Under the pieces are notes generated by a model. The model was not told the origin of the DNA, did no database searches, and saw only the letters and a program-made list of their open reading frames with translations. A DNA stretch of 64,000 nt from Candidatus Aminicenantes bacterium (GTDB lineage Bacteria; Acidobacteriota; Aminicenantia; Aminicenantales; JAFGBC01), in NCBI GenBank assembly GCA_963702005.1, contig OY969696.1:1120001-1184000 (forward strand), read 5' to 3'. Both the position numbers and the translations under genes were made by a program. This document shows, in pieces, positions 27,110-40,150 of this stretch (position 1 is its first letter; the number at the start of each line of letters is the position of its first letter).

Positions 27110-28447
27110 TCATCGCGACGGAGCCGGCCTGAACCCGGAGTCGGGAAGGACAATGCGCTGGGCGCGGCCTTTTTGGAACGCGTCCAAACGGAGGAGGTAA
27201 AGCCCGATGCCGGCCGCTCCTTGCATGAGGCCCGTCTGAGCAATCAGCAAATCAGGGCGAACCCGGTGCTCGGCCTGGACCCATTTCATCCGGCCGTCCT
27301 CGACGGTCGCCGCGGCCAGCAACTTGTCCGTGACGCGATCGCAAAAAGCCCGGTCGGCGGGGTCGCGGCCGACTTCAAACAGGCTTAGGAAAAAATCGGC
27401 GACCCCGGCCAGGCCGCAGCAGAGCCCGGCGTTGTTCCAGAACCCGGCTGTCTGCGTCTCGGGAATACCGCTGGCCGTGATGCCGCGGGCGCTTTTACGG
27501 ACCCAATCCATCCAGGACGGATCTTTCGCGGCGAGCGACAGCCGGTAGAAGAGCTGGGCCGTTCCGACCGGGCCGTGGCACCAGCCCAAATAATAAAGAT
27601 CTTTGCCGTCCGGTTCGTGGTGGAAGATGAGGCAGACGTCCCCTTCGGTTTTGGCGACGGAGAGGAGATAGCGCGCCCCGGCCAAGGCCGCGTCGAGGAA
27701 CTCTTTTTGTCCCGTCCGCTCATAGAGGCGGGCCAGGAAAAAAGCGATCCCGGCCGTTCCGTGGGAGAAGTTCGGCATCAGGCGGGGGAATTCGGGATCC
27801 ATGGCCCAGTCCAGCCCTCCGCCCTTGGGCCGGCCCACTTCGACCAAACGACGCCCGGCCTTGATCGCGAGGTCGATTCCATTCGGGTCGCCGAGCTCTT
27901 CGGCGGCGTAGAGGAGGAACAACCCGGTCCCGGCGGTCCCGCTGATGATGTCCGTGACAGGACCCCATTGGACGCCCGCTCCGGCCGGAGCGGCCCCGGA
28001 CCGGATCTTGTCCAAGGCCCGCAGGAATCCGCGCCGATATCGTTCATCCCCGCTAGATTTAAAGACCTCTTCGAGAGTGAACCCGATCCCGGCCACGCCT
28101 TCATAGAGGCCGGCGCCCGTCTCGTCCTCGAGCCGGGCTAAAAGGTCGTCGGCGCCGGCCTTGGCTTTATCGAGAGCCGCCGGATCGCCCGTCGCCGCGT
28201 GGAGCTCGAGGAAGAATAGGATAACGCCCGGCGTGCCCGCGTAGAGAGAGGCGCCGACGGACTTCGGATCGGCCGGGTCCGATGGCCAAGCCAGGCCCTT
28301 TTCCGTCTTGACCTGGACGGAGTCCAGCCAGCGGGCCGCTTTAAGGGCGGCGTCCAGCGCGCGGGTTTCGGCCGCGGATAGGGCGGAGCCCACGACCGAA
28401 AAGAAAATCGCGGAGAGGATGATCTTGACAAGCGGCTTCGACGGCAT
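27110..28447 (-). CDS. exported LanC-like (lanthionine synthetase C family) protein
   Basis: GGAGGT RBS; signal peptide ending ALSA; repeated GxxG motifs (LYAGTPG, LYEGVAG, ISGTAG, FSHGTAG, WCHGPVG, LCCGLAG, MQGAAG). Confidence 0.85.
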   Translation of the reverse strand: MPSKPLVKIILSAIFFSVVGSALSAAETRALDAALKAARWLDSVQVKTEKGLAWPSDPADPKSVGASLYAGTPGVILFFLELHAATGDPAALDKAKAGADDLLARLEDETGAGLYEGVAGIGFTLEEVFKSSGDERYRRGFLRALDKIRSGAAPAGAGVQWGPVTDIISGTAGTGLFLLYAAEELGDPNGIDLAIKAGRRLVEVGRPKGGGLDWAMDPEFPRLMPNFSHGTAGIAFFLARLYERTGQKEFLDAALAGARYLLSVAKTEGDVCLIFHHEPDGKDLYYLGWCHGPVGTAQLFYRLSLAAKDPSWMDWVRKSARGITASGIPETQTAGFWNNAGLCCGLAGVADFFLSLFEVGRDPADRAFCDRVTDKLLAAATVEDGRMKWVQAEHRVRPDLLIAQTGLMQGAAGIGLYLLRLDAFQKGRAQRIVLPDSGFRPAPSR

Positions 28448-28564
28448 TGCGATTACCTCCGGCCTGGCCCGGCGTCCCCCGGCGAGACCGAGCCTGGGAA
28501 AGATCCGTCTCATGGGGAATATTTAATACCAACGGTCTCGGCAGATCAATAGGGGAACCGGGCC

Positions 28565-28651
28565 GGGCTTGACCCGTTCGCCGATGCTACCCAGCCTTGC
28601 AGTACTCATACTAAGCCGAAAACGGCTTAGTATGGGTGTCGAGGGCTTGAC
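28565..28651. repeat. second copy of the REP-like palindrome, flanked by a 9-bp direct repeat gggcttgac
   Basis: catactaagccg-aaaa-cggcttagtatg; direct repeats at 28565-28573 and 28643-28651. Confidence 0.8.
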
Positions 28652-28682
28652 TCGAGAACGGTCCGGCTATAAAACTATCGCA

Positions 28683-30161
28683 GTGAATACTATCAAGCCT
28701 CTCCCGGCGGCGCTGGGGGCGTTGGCCGTCGTCGTGGCCCTGTTCATGGGGTTTTTCAACCTCGGCGGCTGGCTTATGAACGACGATGAGGGGACGTATC
28801 TCTATGACGCCTGGCGGGTCAGCCTGGGCGAAATCCCTTACAGGGATTTCTTCGTGTCTCAAACGCCGCTGAGCTTCTATCCGGTCGCCGGGTTGTTCAA
28901 GGCCTTCGGCCCTTCCGTCTGGGCCGCGCGGGCGCTGAGCTATCTGTGCGTCCTGGGAGCGGCCGCCTTGCTTGTTCTTATGTCGCGGCGATTCCTGGCG
29001 ATCGATCCCCTGATTTCGATCGCCGCCGGGTTTATTTTTCTCTTCACCAAGCACGTCTATTTCCTGGGCCGGACGTTCATGCCCGATGACGCCATGCTGC
29101 TCTTGTCCATGGCCGCGCTTTATTTTGCCCTCAAGTCCGAATCGGACGGCGCCCCGGACACGCAGAGGCGGTCTGTCTTTCTCTTCGGCGTCTTCGCCGG
29201 GCTGGCCGCCCTGGCCAAGCTCAACGCGCTGCTCCTCGTCGTCGGCTATCTTTTGTTCCTTCTCATTAAAAGGATGAGGAAAGCTTCGCCGGCCGGGAAC
29301 GCCGCCGGCCGGGGCGCGCTCGCGCTTTCCGGATTTTTTCTGACGTTCGGGCTCCCCTATGCCGTCATGCTGATCGCGATTCCCGGGACGTTCCATGCCA
29401 CGATCGTATTTCACGCCGCCAAGGAGAAGGCCGCGGGCGCTTTGTTGACGCTCGCCCTTTCCCGGATCGTGCAATTCATCGGGAATCATAATTACGGCCT
29501 GATCCTGCCGGCGATCGCGGGTCTGCTCGTGGGCCCGATCTTCAAGAACATGAAACGCGGGCTTCTCTTGTGTCTGCTCTCGGCCGTCCTTCTCCAGGTT
29601 TTCCTTCCCGGAGAATTCTACATTCGGTACGTCGTATTCGTCTTCGCGCCCTTGGCCCTGCTGGCGGCGGGCGGCATTCAAGCCGTCTTCCGGATGAAGG
29701 AGATCCGTTTGGTCTTCCTTCCGGCCGCGGCCGCGCTCATTATTCTTTCGCTGGCGCCCTCGTTCAGCCCGAAAAAACTCATCGCTCGGGACGAGGGGAC
29801 GCGCGCCCTGGCCGCCCTTGTCGAACGGACGACCGGGCCGGGCGATTATGTCTTCGGGGACGATACCGGAATCAATTTTCTCGCCCGCCGCCCCTGCCCG
29901 CCGCGGCTGACCGATGTTTCGGCCGCCATGACCCGCAGCGGCCAGATCAGGGCCGAAGATATCCGGGCCGAGTGCGAGCGGTTCCGGGTCGCCCTCATCC
30001 TGGTCGAAACAGCCGGCCCCGCCCATCACCTGAAAAACCTCAGGGATTACGGCGCGTTCGAGGCCTATCTCAGGGAATCCTACCAGTTCGTGACCGCCGT
30101 CGACAGGGAATTCCTGCGGGTCGAGGTTTACCGGCGGCTGAGCTCCCGGACGGCCTTTTAA
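28683..30161 (+). CDS. ArnT/PMT-like GT-C glycosyltransferase (GT39/GT83-like)
   Basis: DDEGTYLY…G.IPYRDF…P; many TM helices; the ORF extension upstream runs through the repeat, so start placed at GTG 28683. Confidence 0.8.
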   Translation: MNTIKPLPAALGALAVVVALFMGFFNLGGWLMNDDEGTYLYDAWRVSLGEIPYRDFFVSQTPLSFYPVAGLFKAFGPSVWAARALSYLCVLGAAALLVLMSRRFLAIDPLISIAAGFIFLFTKHVYFLGRTFMPDDAMLLLSMAALYFALKSESDGAPDTQRRSVFLFGVFAGLAALAKLNALLLVVGYLLFLLIKRMRKASPAGNAAGRGALALSGFFLTFGLPYAVMLIAIPGTFHATIVFHAAKEKAAGALLTLALSRIVQFIGNHNYGLILPAIAGLLVGPIFKNMKRGLLLCLLSAVLLQVFLPGEFYIRYVVFVFAPLALLAAGGIQAVFRMKEIRLVFLPAAAALIILSLAPSFSPKKLIARDEGTRALAALVERTTGPGDYVFGDDTGINFLARRPCPPRLTDVSAAMTRSGQIRAEDIRAECERFRVALILVETAGPAHHLKNLRDYGAFEAYLRESYQFVTAVDREFLRVEVYRRLSSRTAF

Positions 30162-30237
30162 GCCTATCGGAATAATCTCCCATCGAATCGGCGCCCCCGC
30201 ATAGCATCCCTCTATTTGTCGTAGAATCATCAAGCTA

Positions 30238-30267
30238 TTGACAGACGTCCGCCAATTAGGCTAAAAT
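30238..30267 (+). promoter_or_regulatory. putative sigma70 promoter of the three-gene signalling cassette
   Basis: TTGACA-18 bp-TAAAAT. Confidence 0.6.
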
Positions 30268-30382
30268 AAATCGCAAGGGCAAAGGGCTTTGCTAAGGGAC
30301 ACGATCGAGAGAGGAGGTTTCCTCTGCCAAGAGAGGGAGTTTTCTTTCATTCCCGCCGAACGGAATTAGGGGAGAGTGATCT

Positions 30383-32920
30383 ATGAATCACAAACCCAAG
30401 CCATCTAAATCCACGGCTGTCGTCCGGGATCGGCGCGGCTCGGAACCCGGTAAGAATGCCAAGAACCCGGCGCGCATACCAGAGACAACAATCCGGTCGG
30501 CTCAGGAGTGGTTTCGCGCCACCCTGTACAGCATAGGCGACGCGGTTATCACCACGGATGAGGGCGGTAAAGTCCTGCAGATGAATCCCGTAGCGGAGCG
30601 TCTGACCGGCTGGAGCGAAGCCGAAGCCCGGGGAAAACTCGTGACCCGGATATTCCATATCGTCAATGAAGAGACGGGCCGCTTGGCTGGGGATCCGGTT
30701 AAACGTGTTCTGCGCGAGGGGGCGGTTGTCGGACTCGCCAACCATACGCTGCTCATCGCCCGGGATGGGATTGAGCGTCCCATCGCCGACAGCGGCGCCC
30801 CCATCCGAGACGAGAAAAACAGGATCACCGGTGTCGTCCTGGTCTTTCGCGACCAAACCGACGAGCGCGCCGCGCAGAAGGCCCTGAAGGAAAGCGAGCG
30901 CAAGTTACGCGATATCGTCAGATTCCTGGACGAGGGATATTACTGTTGCAGTCTTGACGGTTTGCTGCTCGAACACAACCTGGCATTCAATCGGATTCTC
31001 GGTTTTGGCCTTGACCGGGATTTAAAAGGGACGCGACTGCCCGACTTTTGGCAGAACCCGGACGAGCGACAGGAATACGTCCGCGAGCTGGCGGCCAGGG
31101 GCACGGTAACGAATTACCTGATAAGCGCGAAGACGGTCGACGGCGGGAAAATGGTTGTCATGGCGAATTCCCACCTCGTGAGAGATGAAAATAACAAACC
31201 GGTTAGGATCGAAGGGACATTTACGGATTTCACCGACCGGAGGCGGCTGGAGGAAAAGGTCGATCATCTCAACCTCGTGCTAAAGTCCATACGCAACGTC
31301 AACCAGCTCATCACCAAAGAGCAGGACCGCGGAAGGCTGATCAAGGGCGCCTGCGACAGCCTCATCGAGAACCGCGGCTATCACATCGCATGGGTCGTGC
31401 TGCTCGGCGAGAACGGGGCGCCTTGGCTTACGGCCGAGGCGGGTCTGGGCGGGGATTTCTCCCTTCTACTGGAACGGTTCAATCGGGGCGAGCTGCCCCG
31501 CTGCGTCAGGGGGGCGATGGCCAAAGACGGCGTGTTCACGATTGACGAAGTTTCCTCCGAATGCGCTGATTGTCCGCTTTCAGGGAAATATGGGGGTCGA
31601 GGAGCGTTAAGTTCCAGGCTGGAGTCCGGCGGAAAGGTCCATGGTTTCTTGACCGTAGCCCTGGCCTCCCATCTCGCGGCCGATAAGGAGGAGCGAACGC
31701 TGTTCCATGAAGCGGCCAATGATATAGCCTTCGCGCTGGGCGGCATCGAGGTCGAGGAAGGCCGGAGGAAGGCGGAGGAGGCGCTTCAAGAAAGCGTGCA
31801 GAAATTTCGGAATGTATTCAATAACTCGTCCCTGGGCATGTCCATTACTTCTATAGACGGCTCGGTGCATGTCAATCGAGCGTTGAGCGAGATGCTGGGA
31901 TATACGATGGAAGAATTATCTCACCTTAGATGGCAGGATTTGACGCATCCGGATGATATTGAATGGACTCAAAAGCATCTTGAGCAACTGCATTCGGGCG
32001 AGAAAAAGACCGTCAGGTTCATTAAAAGATACGTCAAAAAGGACGGTGCCCTTGTCTGGGGGGATCTGAATACCGTTTTGCAGCAGGATATTAACCGTCA
32101 GCCGCTCTATTACATCTCGGCCGTTATGGACATCACCGAACGCAAGCGGGCGGAGGAGGAAGTTCGCAAACTCAACGAAGAGCTCGAGCAGCGCGTCCGC
32201 GATCGCACCGCCGACCTCGAAGCGGCCAACAAGGAACTGGAAGCCTTTGCCTATTCGGTTTCCCACGACCTGCGCGCGCCTCTGCGCGCCATAGACGGCT
32301 ACGTGCGGATATTGACCGAGGACTTCGAGCCGCACCTCGGCGCCGAAGGCAAGCGCGTCTGCGGCGTCATCGGCGAGAGCGCCCGGAACATGGGCAAGCT
32401 GATCGATGACCTCCTATCGTTTTCCCGCCTCAGCCGGGCGGAGATACAGCCCTCGTCCATCGACATGGGAACGCTCGCTCATTCGGTTTACCACGAACTG
32501 ACGACAGCGGAGAGCCGGGAACGGATCGATTTTCAAGTCGGTTCCCTGCCGGGCGCGATCGGCGATCCGACCTTGATCCGTCAGGTCTGGATGAACTTGA
32601 TTTCCAATGCCATAAAGTTTTCCGCCCGGAAGGAACGGGCGGCCATTGCGGTTGTCGCGGAGCTTAGGGGGACGCAAGCTGTTTACTCCGTGAAGGACAA
32701 CGGCGCCGGTTTTGACATGCAGTACCGGGACAAGCTCTTCGGCGTTTTCCAGCGTTTGCACAGTCCGAGGGAATTCGAGGGCATCGGCGTAGGCTTGGCG
32801 ATCGTCCAACGCATCATTCACCGCCACGGGGGCCGCGTCTGGGCGGAAGGAGCGGTGGACAAAGGCGCGACGTTTTATTTTACTCTTCCCCTTAAGGAGA
32901 CCGATCATGGGGGTTGTTAA
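30383..32920 (+). CDS. PAS-PAS-GAF-PAS sensor histidine kinase (bacteriophytochrome-type HK core)
   Basis: [46 protein letters not shown]. Confidence 0.93.
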   Translation: MNHKPKPSKSTAVVRDRRGSEPGKNAKNPARIPETTIRSAQEWFRATLYSIGDAVITTDEGGKVLQMNPVAERLTGWSEAEARGKLVTRIFHIVNEETGRLAGDPVKRVLREGAVVGLANHTLLIARDGIERPIADSGAPIRDEKNRITGVVLVFRDQTDERAAQKALKESERKLRDIVRFLDEGYYCCSLDGLLLEHNLAFNRILGFGLDRDLKGTRLPDFWQNPDERQEYVRELAARGTVTNYLISAKTVDGGKMVVMANSHLVRDENNKPVRIEGTFTDFTDRRRLEEKVDHLNLVLKSIRNVNQLITKEQDRGRLIKGACDSLIENRGYHIAWVVLLGENGAPWLTAEAGLGGDFSLLLERFNRGELPRCVRGAMAKDGVFTIDEVSSECADCPLSGKYGGRGALSSRLESGGKVHGFLTVALASHLAADKEERTLFHEAANDIAFALGGIEVEEGRRKAEEALQESVQKFRNVFNNSSLGMSITSIDGSVHVNRALSEMLGYTMEELSHLRWQDLTHPDDIEWTQKHLEQLHSGEKKTVRFIKRYVKKDGALVWGDLNTVLQQDINRQPLYYISAVMDITERKRAEEEVRKLNEELEQRVRDRTADLEAANKELEAFAYSVSHDLRAPLRAIDGYVRILTEDFEPHLGAEGKRVCGVIGESARNMGKLIDDLLSFSRLSRAEIQPSSIDMGTLAHSVYHELTTAESRERIDFQVGSLPGAIGDPTLIRQVWMNLISNAIKFSARKERAAIAVVAELRGTQAVYSVKDNGAGFDMQYRDKLFGVFQRLHSPREFEGIGVGLAIVQRIIHRHGGRVWAEGAVDKGATFYFTLPLKETDHGGC

Positions 32921-33350
32921 AAAGCTGGATATTCTCCTTGTCGAGGACAATCCTCAAGACATTGAACTTACGACAAGGGCGCTCAAAAAACACAACCTGG
33001 CCAACCGGCTTTTTGCGGTCGAAGACGGAGCCGAAGCGACGGACTTTATCTTCTGCCGCGGAAAGTACGCGGAAAGGGACATCTCCTTCCCTCCCAAAGT
33101 GATCCTGCTCGACCTGAAACTTCCCAAGGTTGACGGCTTCGAAGTCCTCAGGCTTCTTAAACAGGACAGTCGAACCCGGTCGATCCCCGTGGTCATCGTG
33201 ACTTCGTCCCGCGAAGATCCCGACATCAAGGCGGCCTACGACCTCGGCGCGAACAGCTATGTCGTCAAGCCGGTCGATTTTGAAGCCTTTGCCGACACGA
33301 TGAGCAAGCTCGGTCTGTTCTGGCTGCTGGTCAATCAACCGCCGGTTTGA
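32907..33350 (+). CDS. single-domain response regulator (Rcp1-like)
   Basis: [36 protein letters not shown]. Confidence 0.93.
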   Translation: MGVVKKLDILLVEDNPQDIELTTRALKKHNLANRLFAVEDGAEATDFIFCRGKYAERDISFPPKVILLDLKLPKVDGFEVLRLLKQDSRTRSIPVVIVTSSREDPDIKAAYDLGANSYVVKPVDFEAFADTMSKLGLFWLLVNQPPV

Positions 33351-33357
33351 CGAAGGA

Positions 33358-34779
<1,422 letters not shown>

Positions 34780-34847
34780 GGCTGCGGCCCGCGATGGACG
34801 CGAGCGCGGCCCCCCCCGCTGAGAATCCTCTTTGTTGATGCCGGGGA

Positions 34848-35738
34848 TTAACGCGGAAACCGGCTGAGCTCCCGGACGACCTCGGCCACGAGGCGGTTGA
34901 ACTCGTCCGGCCGCTCCAGCATCGGGTAGTGACCCATGTGCTTCATGACGGCCACGTCGAAATCGGCCTTGACCTTCCTGACTCCGGCGACGTCGGTCGG
35001 ATACATGTCGCCGTTGATGGCCCGGAGGGGGACGGCCAGCTTGCGCGCCGAAGCGGCCGGAACGTAGCCGGCCATGGACATGAACATGGCGTAGGCGGCG
35101 TCGGGAGGGGTCCTCATCATCCGGCGTTCGGCGTCGGCGATCACGGCGGGGTCGGCGTCGGCATGGAAGAGCGCTTTCACCATCTGCTTCAGGCTGCCGG
35201 CATAATCGGCGCGGAAGGCCTCGGCCCTCGTGCGCGCCTCCTCCGGCGTGACCGAATAATCGAGGCTATGGAAGGTGTCGACGCCGACGACTCCCAGGAC
35301 TCGTCCCGGCAGGAGAAGGGCGGCTTCGATGGCCACCGGCCCCCCGAGCGAATTGCCGAAGAGGACTATCCGGTTCAGCTTCTCGGCGTCGACGACGGCT
35401 TTGACATCGGCCCCGAACTCGGGGAAGCCCCATTTCGTCCGGTTCGCCCCCGAATCTCCATGACCCGGAAGGTCGAGGGCGATGACGCGGTGGCTTCCGG
35501 CGAACGCCCTGAGCTGGGCGTCCCAGAAGGTGCGGTCGGCCAGCCCGCCGTGGATGAAGACAAGGGCCGGTTCGCCCGCGCCCGCGGCCGAATAGACGAT
35601 CGTGACGCCGTCGGGCGCCGAGCACGTCTTTCTCTCGATCGTTACCGACATTTGATCCTCCGCTTGGACCTTAAACATCGCGGCCGAGGCCGCGATGAGC
35701 AAGATTCCCCACATAATTGTGTAAATCCGGATTTTCAT
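34848..35738 (-). CDS. exported alpha/beta hydrolase
   Basis: FIHGG, DLPGHG, GNSLGG nucleophile elbow, GHYPMLE. Confidence 0.9.
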   Translation of the reverse strand: MKIRIYTIMWGILLIAASAAMFKVQAEDQMSVTIERKTCSAPDGVTIVYSAAGAGEPALVFIHGGLADRTFWDAQLRAFAGSHRVIALDLPGHGDSGANRTKWGFPEFGADVKAVVDAEKLNRIVLFGNSLGGPVAIEAALLLPGRVLGVVGVDTFHSLDYSVTPEEARTRAEAFRADYAGSLKQMVKALFHADADPAVIADAERRMMRTPPDAAYAMFMSMAGYVPAASARKLAVPLRAINGDMYPTDVAGVRKVKADFDVAVMKHMGHYPMLERPDEFNRLVAEVVRELSRFPR

Positions 35739-35862
35739 GTTTTTTTGACCCCGCGGTCATCTTAATCCCGGCGGACCGCCGAAGTCAAACCGCGGAGCTT
35801 GACGACGGTCCCGGTGGATATGCTATAGAAGGGAAGAAGACCGCTACCCGGGAGGAGCCGCG

Positions 35863-37062
35863 ATGAACAGGTCTCATAACATCACCATGCTCGGCGCCGG
35901 CCTAATCGGAACGTTCTACACGATGACGATCCAGGGCCGGAGAAGCCGCGACCGCGTCGGAGCCGTCTGCGCCCGGACCGAAGAGGAAGCCGGCGCCTTC
36001 GCCCGCAAATGGGGAATTCCGCGCTGGACGAGCGACCTCGCCCAAGCCGTCGAGGACTCGGCGACCGACCTCGTCGTCGTCGGGCTGCCCAACGACCTCC
36101 ACAAGGAGGCCGTCCTCCTGGCGGCCCGCGCCGGCAAGCCGGTCCTGTGCACCAAGCCCCTGGGCCGGACGGCGGCCGAAGCCCTGGAGATGCTCCAGGC
36201 CGTCCGGAAGGCCGGGGTGTTCGCGGGCTACCTGGAGGACCTCGTCTATACGCCCAAGACGCTCAAGTCGCTGGCGTCGGTACGGGCCGGCGCCCTGGGC
36301 CGGATTCTCTGGGTCCGCTCCCGCGAAACCCATCCCGGCCCCCACAGCGCCTGGTTCTGGGACAAGGCGATCGCGGGCGGCGGAGCGATCGTCGACATGG
36401 GCTGCCACTGCATCGAAATTATCCGGAGCTTCGTCGGGAAAGACGTCCGGCCGGTCGAGGTCCTCTGCACGGCGGACACGCTCGTCCACCCCATCGCGGC
36501 CGAGGACTCGGGGATCGGGCTGATTCGCTTCGAGAACAGGGCCATCGGCCAGTTCGAGGTCAGCTGGACCTTCCGGGGCGGCATGGACCTTCGCGACGAA
36601 GTCGCCGGCAGCGAGGGGACGATCTGGCTCGATCATTTCCTGAGGACGGGGTTCGAGATGTTCACGGCCGTCGGCTCGGGCGGTTATGTCGCCGAGAAGG
36701 CGGAGGGGGAGAAGGGGTGGCTGTTTCCGGTCGGGGACGAGGTCCACGAGCTCGGCTACGTCGACATGTTCGGCGACATGTTCGACGCCTTGGACGAGGG
36801 CCGGCCGCCCCGGGAAACCTTTTTCGACGGGTACGTCGTCAACGCCATTATCGACGCCTCTTACGCGTCGGCCGCTTCCAAGCGCTGGGAACCGGTTCGG
36901 CTCGACGAGTGGGACGCCGCCGCCGATAAGGCCGGGGTCGAAAGCATCCGCGGCGAGAAGCGGGGACCCATCCTCATCAAGAAGGAGCGCATGCCCGACG
37001 GGCGGACCAAGCTCATCTTCAAGGATCCCGCGACGGGCGCGATCACGGAGAAGATCGAGTAG
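35863..37062 (+). CDS. Gfo/Idh/MocA family oxidoreductase
   Basis: GAGLIG Rossmann motif, [16 protein letters not shown]. Confidence 0.92.
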   Translation: MNRSHNITMLGAGLIGTFYTMTIQGRRSRDRVGAVCARTEEEAGAFARKWGIPRWTSDLAQAVEDSATDLVVVGLPNDLHKEAVLLAARAGKPVLCTKPLGRTAAEALEMLQAVRKAGVFAGYLEDLVYTPKTLKSLASVRAGALGRILWVRSRETHPGPHSAWFWDKAIAGGGAIVDMGCHCIEIIRSFVGKDVRPVEVLCTADTLVHPIAAEDSGIGLIRFENRAIGQFEVSWTFRGGMDLRDEVAGSEGTIWLDHFLRTGFEMFTAVGSGGYVAEKAEGEKGWLFPVGDEVHELGYVDMFGDMFDALDEGRPPRETFFDGYVVNAIIDASYASAASKRWEPVRLDEWDAAADKAGVESIRGEKRGPILIKKERMPDGRTKLIFKDPATGAITEKIE

Positions 37063-40000
37063 CGAAGCGACAAGGATCTTCGCCCAGGATCTTATCGAGC
37101 GTTCCGACCAGGAGGTCGGCGTCGGATTCCGTGAAGGCGAGCGGCGGCTTGATCTTGAGGACGTTGCGGAAGGGGCCGTCCGTGCTCAGGAGGATCCCCT
37201 CCTCGCGCATCCGCTCGGCGACGTAGCCTGCCGCCGACGTCGCCCGGGCCCGGCTCTCCCGGTCAAGGACGAGCTCGACGCCCAGGAACAGGCCCAGCCC
37301 CCGCACGTCTCCGACGACGGCGTGCCTTCCCATGAGCCCTTCCAGCCCGGCCTTGAGACGGGCGCCGACCTTTTTAGCTTTGTCCTGGAGCTTCTCGTCT
37401 TCGATGACGTCCAGGACGGCCATCCCAGCGGCGCACGAGACGGGATTCCCGCCGTAGGTGTTGAAATATTCCATGCCGGTCACGAAGGCGTCCGCGATCT
37501 CGGGGGTCGTCACGACCGCGGCCAGCGGGAAGCCGTTCCCGATCGGCTTTCCCATGGTGATGATGTCGGGCACCACATCCTGGGTTTCGAAACCCCAGAA
37601 GCGATCCCCCACCCGTCCGAACCCGACCTGGACTTCGTCGGCAATGCAGATGCCGCCCGCCCTCCTGACATAGCGATAGGCGTCTTTGAGAAAGCCCGGG
37701 GGAAGGAGGATTTGGCCGCCGCAGCTCAGCAGGGATTCGTGGATGAACCCGGCGATCTCCCTCCCCTCGGCCCGGGCCCGCTCGATCGCTTCCCGGACAT
37801 GGGCCGCGTAGCGGGCGCCTGCGTCCGGGTCTCCGGTCCTGTACGGCCCCTGGTAGAGGTCGGGCATCGGGGCGACCTGGGTGTGCGGCGGCCTTCCGGG
37901 GCCGCCCGGTCCGTTGAATTTGTAGGGGCTGATCTCGATGAGCGAGGTCAGATGGCCGTGGTAGGCCCCGTCCAGGACGACCATGTCCCTCCGGCCCCTG
38001 AAGTTCCGGGCCAGCCGCAGCGCGAGGTCGTTGGCCTCGCTCCCCGAATTGACGATGAAGCAAACGCGAAGCGGCTCGGGGCAAAGCCCGGCGAGCCTCC
38101 GGGCGTAGCGGACCAGGTTGTCGTGGAGGTAACGTGAGTTCGTGTTCAGGACGGCCAGCTGGCGGTGGACCGCCTCCACGACGCGGGGATGGCTGTGGCC
38201 GACGTGGGGAACGTTGTTGACGCCGTCGAGGTAGACGCGGCCTTCGTGATCGTAGAGATACTCCATGAAGCCGCGGACGATCTTGAGGGGTGTCCGGTAG
38301 GAGATGCTCAGGGACCCGCCGAGGTGGCTCTTGCGCAGCCGGATGATCTCCTCGGGCTCGAGCCGGACGGGGCGGCTTTCCTCCGCGGGAAGGCCCAGGA
38401 TGGGGCCGGGATCCGGGCAGAGGCTGAGCCAGACCTCGCGCTGGGAGGGGCGGGCGACGCCCGGGTAGTTCCCCTCCAGCCCCAGCGGATCCAGGATGAC
38501 TTGAAAATGGAGATGGGGCGGCCAGTCGCCGTTCTCGGGAAAGGGACCGATCGCGCCGATCCGCTCTCCCTTGCGGACGAGCCGTCCCTTGCTGAGCCCC
38601 GCGATCGATTCCCGGCCCAGATGGCCGTAGAGGGTCTGGAAGCGAAGAGGCCCTTGGGCCGTTTCGACGTCGTGCCCGAGGATGACGGTCGGTCCGTAAT
38701 CCTGGCGGGCCGCGTTGTCCACGGCGCTGAGGACGACGCCGTCCAGGGGGGCCAGGACCGGCGTTCCGGGCTCCGCGAAGATATCGATCCCCAGGTGAAC
38801 GGTCCGCCCTTCGGCCAGGGGGCGGCCGGAGGGCCGGAAGGCCTTGGAGGTGTAAATGATGCGCGCCTCGTCGTAGCGCCCGATGCCGACCTCGCTCCCC
38901 TTCTTTCGCATCTCCCGGAATAGGAGCTCGCTGAAGGCTCGGGTGTCGTCGACGATCCGGGGATCCTCGACGAGAAGACTCCCGATGCTCAGGTCGAAGA
39001 CGGTCTTTCGGACATCTTTAAGCGGGACGGCCGTGACCGGACCGAACGAGGGGCGTCCGGATTCGAGCCAGGCCGAGAAGCGCGCTTCCTCGGGGCAGGG
39101 CGTCAAGCCGCAGGCGCGCCGGAACACGGCCCGGGCGAACCTGGGGTGTATTTCGCGGAGCCGATCGAGCAGCTCCCAGGCCTGGCGGTTGGAGATGAAG
39201 AGATAATCGTTGTCGGGCCGGAGCGACGTCTGATGGGCGCAGATCGCGACGCTCATGAGGAGGCGGAGGACGATCAGGGGAAAGAGCAGGTCCAGCTCGA
39301 GCTCGGACAGCGGCGCGACCGAATGGTAGCCCGCGACGATACGGCCGGCGGCGGCCAGCGGATCATCCTTGTCGAGCATTGCGTAGGCGCAGACGACGGC
39401 CGGCTCGGCCAGCCGATAGGAGCGGACCATGTCGCCGAAGTCGATGATCCCGGCGATCGAGCGCCGTCCGAACGCCTCGGGCCGAGTGTCCGGGGGAGTG
39501 ACGATGATGTTGTAGTCGTTTCCATCGTTGTGGACGGCGCCGAGGGCGAGGTCGCCGAGGCGCGGCCCGGCGGAGCTTTCGAACTCGGACAAGAAGCGAT
39601 CGACGAGGGCCCGCCGGACCGGGTCGTCGATGAGGGGTTTGTAGGCGCGAACGGTCTCAGGGCCGGATCGCAGGTCCCAATGGAAGTCCGGACGGAGGCA
39701 GGGCCGGTCGAAGCTCCCCAGGGCTTGGGCGAGGCGGGCCGTGAACGCGCCGAGCTCGAAGAGAAGCCCGGCCGAGTGGGGGCGGGCCGCGGCCAGGGGG
39801 ACGCCTTCAATATAGGAGAGAAGGCGGACGGCGTGGGCCGCGCCGTCGGGGCCGGCCGTCTCGGCGATCCAGCGGCCTTCGCGGTCGGCGATGAGACGAG
39901 GGGCGAGGGGAGGACCGCCCCCTCCGGCCAGATGGTAAAGGGCGGCGTTCTCGGCCTCGAGGTTCGCGACATCCTCGCCGGGGTTGGCAATCTTGAGGAC

Positions 40001-40150
40001 GAACTTGCCCCCGGCCGAGGTCCGGAGCAGGAAGTTTTGATCCCGCTCGCTGGGGAGCTCCTCGGCGCGGACGGATAGGCCGTAGAGTCTAAGGGCCAAT
40101 TCCTCGGCTTTATCCCGGCCCAGGCGGGGCGCGCGTTCGACGCTCGGCAT
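37043..40150 (-). CDS. fusion of APH-like kinase, M23 peptidase-like domain and class III aminotransferase/phospho-lyase
   Basis: [21 protein letters not shown]; HLGIDIF…LYGHL…PPHLHFQ; [32 protein letters not shown]; start ATG 40150 after AAGGAG. Confidence 0.9.
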   Translation of the reverse strand: MPSVERAPRLGRDKAEELALRLYGLSVRAEELPSERDQNFLLRTSAGGKFVLKIANPGEDVANLEAENAALYHLAGGGGPPLAPRLIADREGRWIAETAGPDGAAHAVRLLSYIEGVPLAAARPHSAGLLFELGAFTARLAQALGSFDRPCLRPDFHWDLRSGPETVRAYKPLIDDPVRRALVDRFLSEFESSAGPRLGDLALGAVHNDGNDYNIIVTPPDTRPEAFGRRSIAGIIDFGDMVRSYRLAEPAVVCAYAMLDKDDPLAAAGRIVAGYHSVAPLSELELDLLFPLIVLRLLMSVAICAHQTSLRPDNDYLFISNRQAWELLDRLREIHPRFARAVFRRACGLTPCPEEARFSAWLESGRPSFGPVTAVPLKDVRKTVFDLSIGSLLVEDPRIVDDTRAFSELLFREMRKKGSEVGIGRYDEARIIYTSKAFRPSGRPLAEGRTVHLGIDIFAEPGTPVLAPLDGVVLSAVDNAARQDYGPTVILGHDVETAQGPLRFQTLYGHLGRESIAGLSKGRLVRKGERIGAIGPFPENGDWPPHLHFQVILDPLGLEGNYPGVARPSQREVWLSLCPDPGPILGLPAEESRPVRLEPEEIIRLRKSHLGGSLSISYRTPLKIVRGFMEYLYDHEGRVYLDGVNNVPHVGHSHPRVVEAVHRQLAVLNTNSRYLHDNLVRYARRLAGLCPEPLRVCFIVNSGSEANDLALRLARNFRGRRDMVVLDGAYHGHLTSLIEISPYKFNGPGGPGRPPHTQVAPMPDLYQGPYRTGDPDAGARYAAHVREAIERARAEGREIAGFIHESLLSCGGQILLPPGFLKDAYRYVRRAGGICIADEVQVGFGRVGDRFWGFETQDVVPDIITMGKPIGNGFPLAAVVTTPEIADAFVTGMEYFNTYGGNPVSCAAGMAVLDVIEDEKLQDKAKKVGARLKAGLEGLMGRHAVVGDVRGLGLFLGVELVLDRESRARATSAAGYVAERMREEGILLSTDGPFRNVLKIKPPLAFTESDADLLVGTLDKILGEDPCRFATRSSP

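Noticed and set aside
27110-28447. Lanthipeptide biosynthetic cluster
   Set aside because: No dehydratase, kinase-lyase, precursor or transporter nearby, and the protein appears exported.
28569-28682. N-terminal extension of the glycosyltransferase ORF
   Set aside because: It translates the palindromic repeat; the same AVLILSR..LSMG string appears in the spurious ORF 15025..15417.
30270-30345. Possible c-di-GMP-I riboswitch (cgcaagggcaaa…gccaa) upstream of the kinase cassette
   Set aside because: Lacks the GNRA-capped stem and the GCAAA junction, and is too short; an Rfam scan would settle it.
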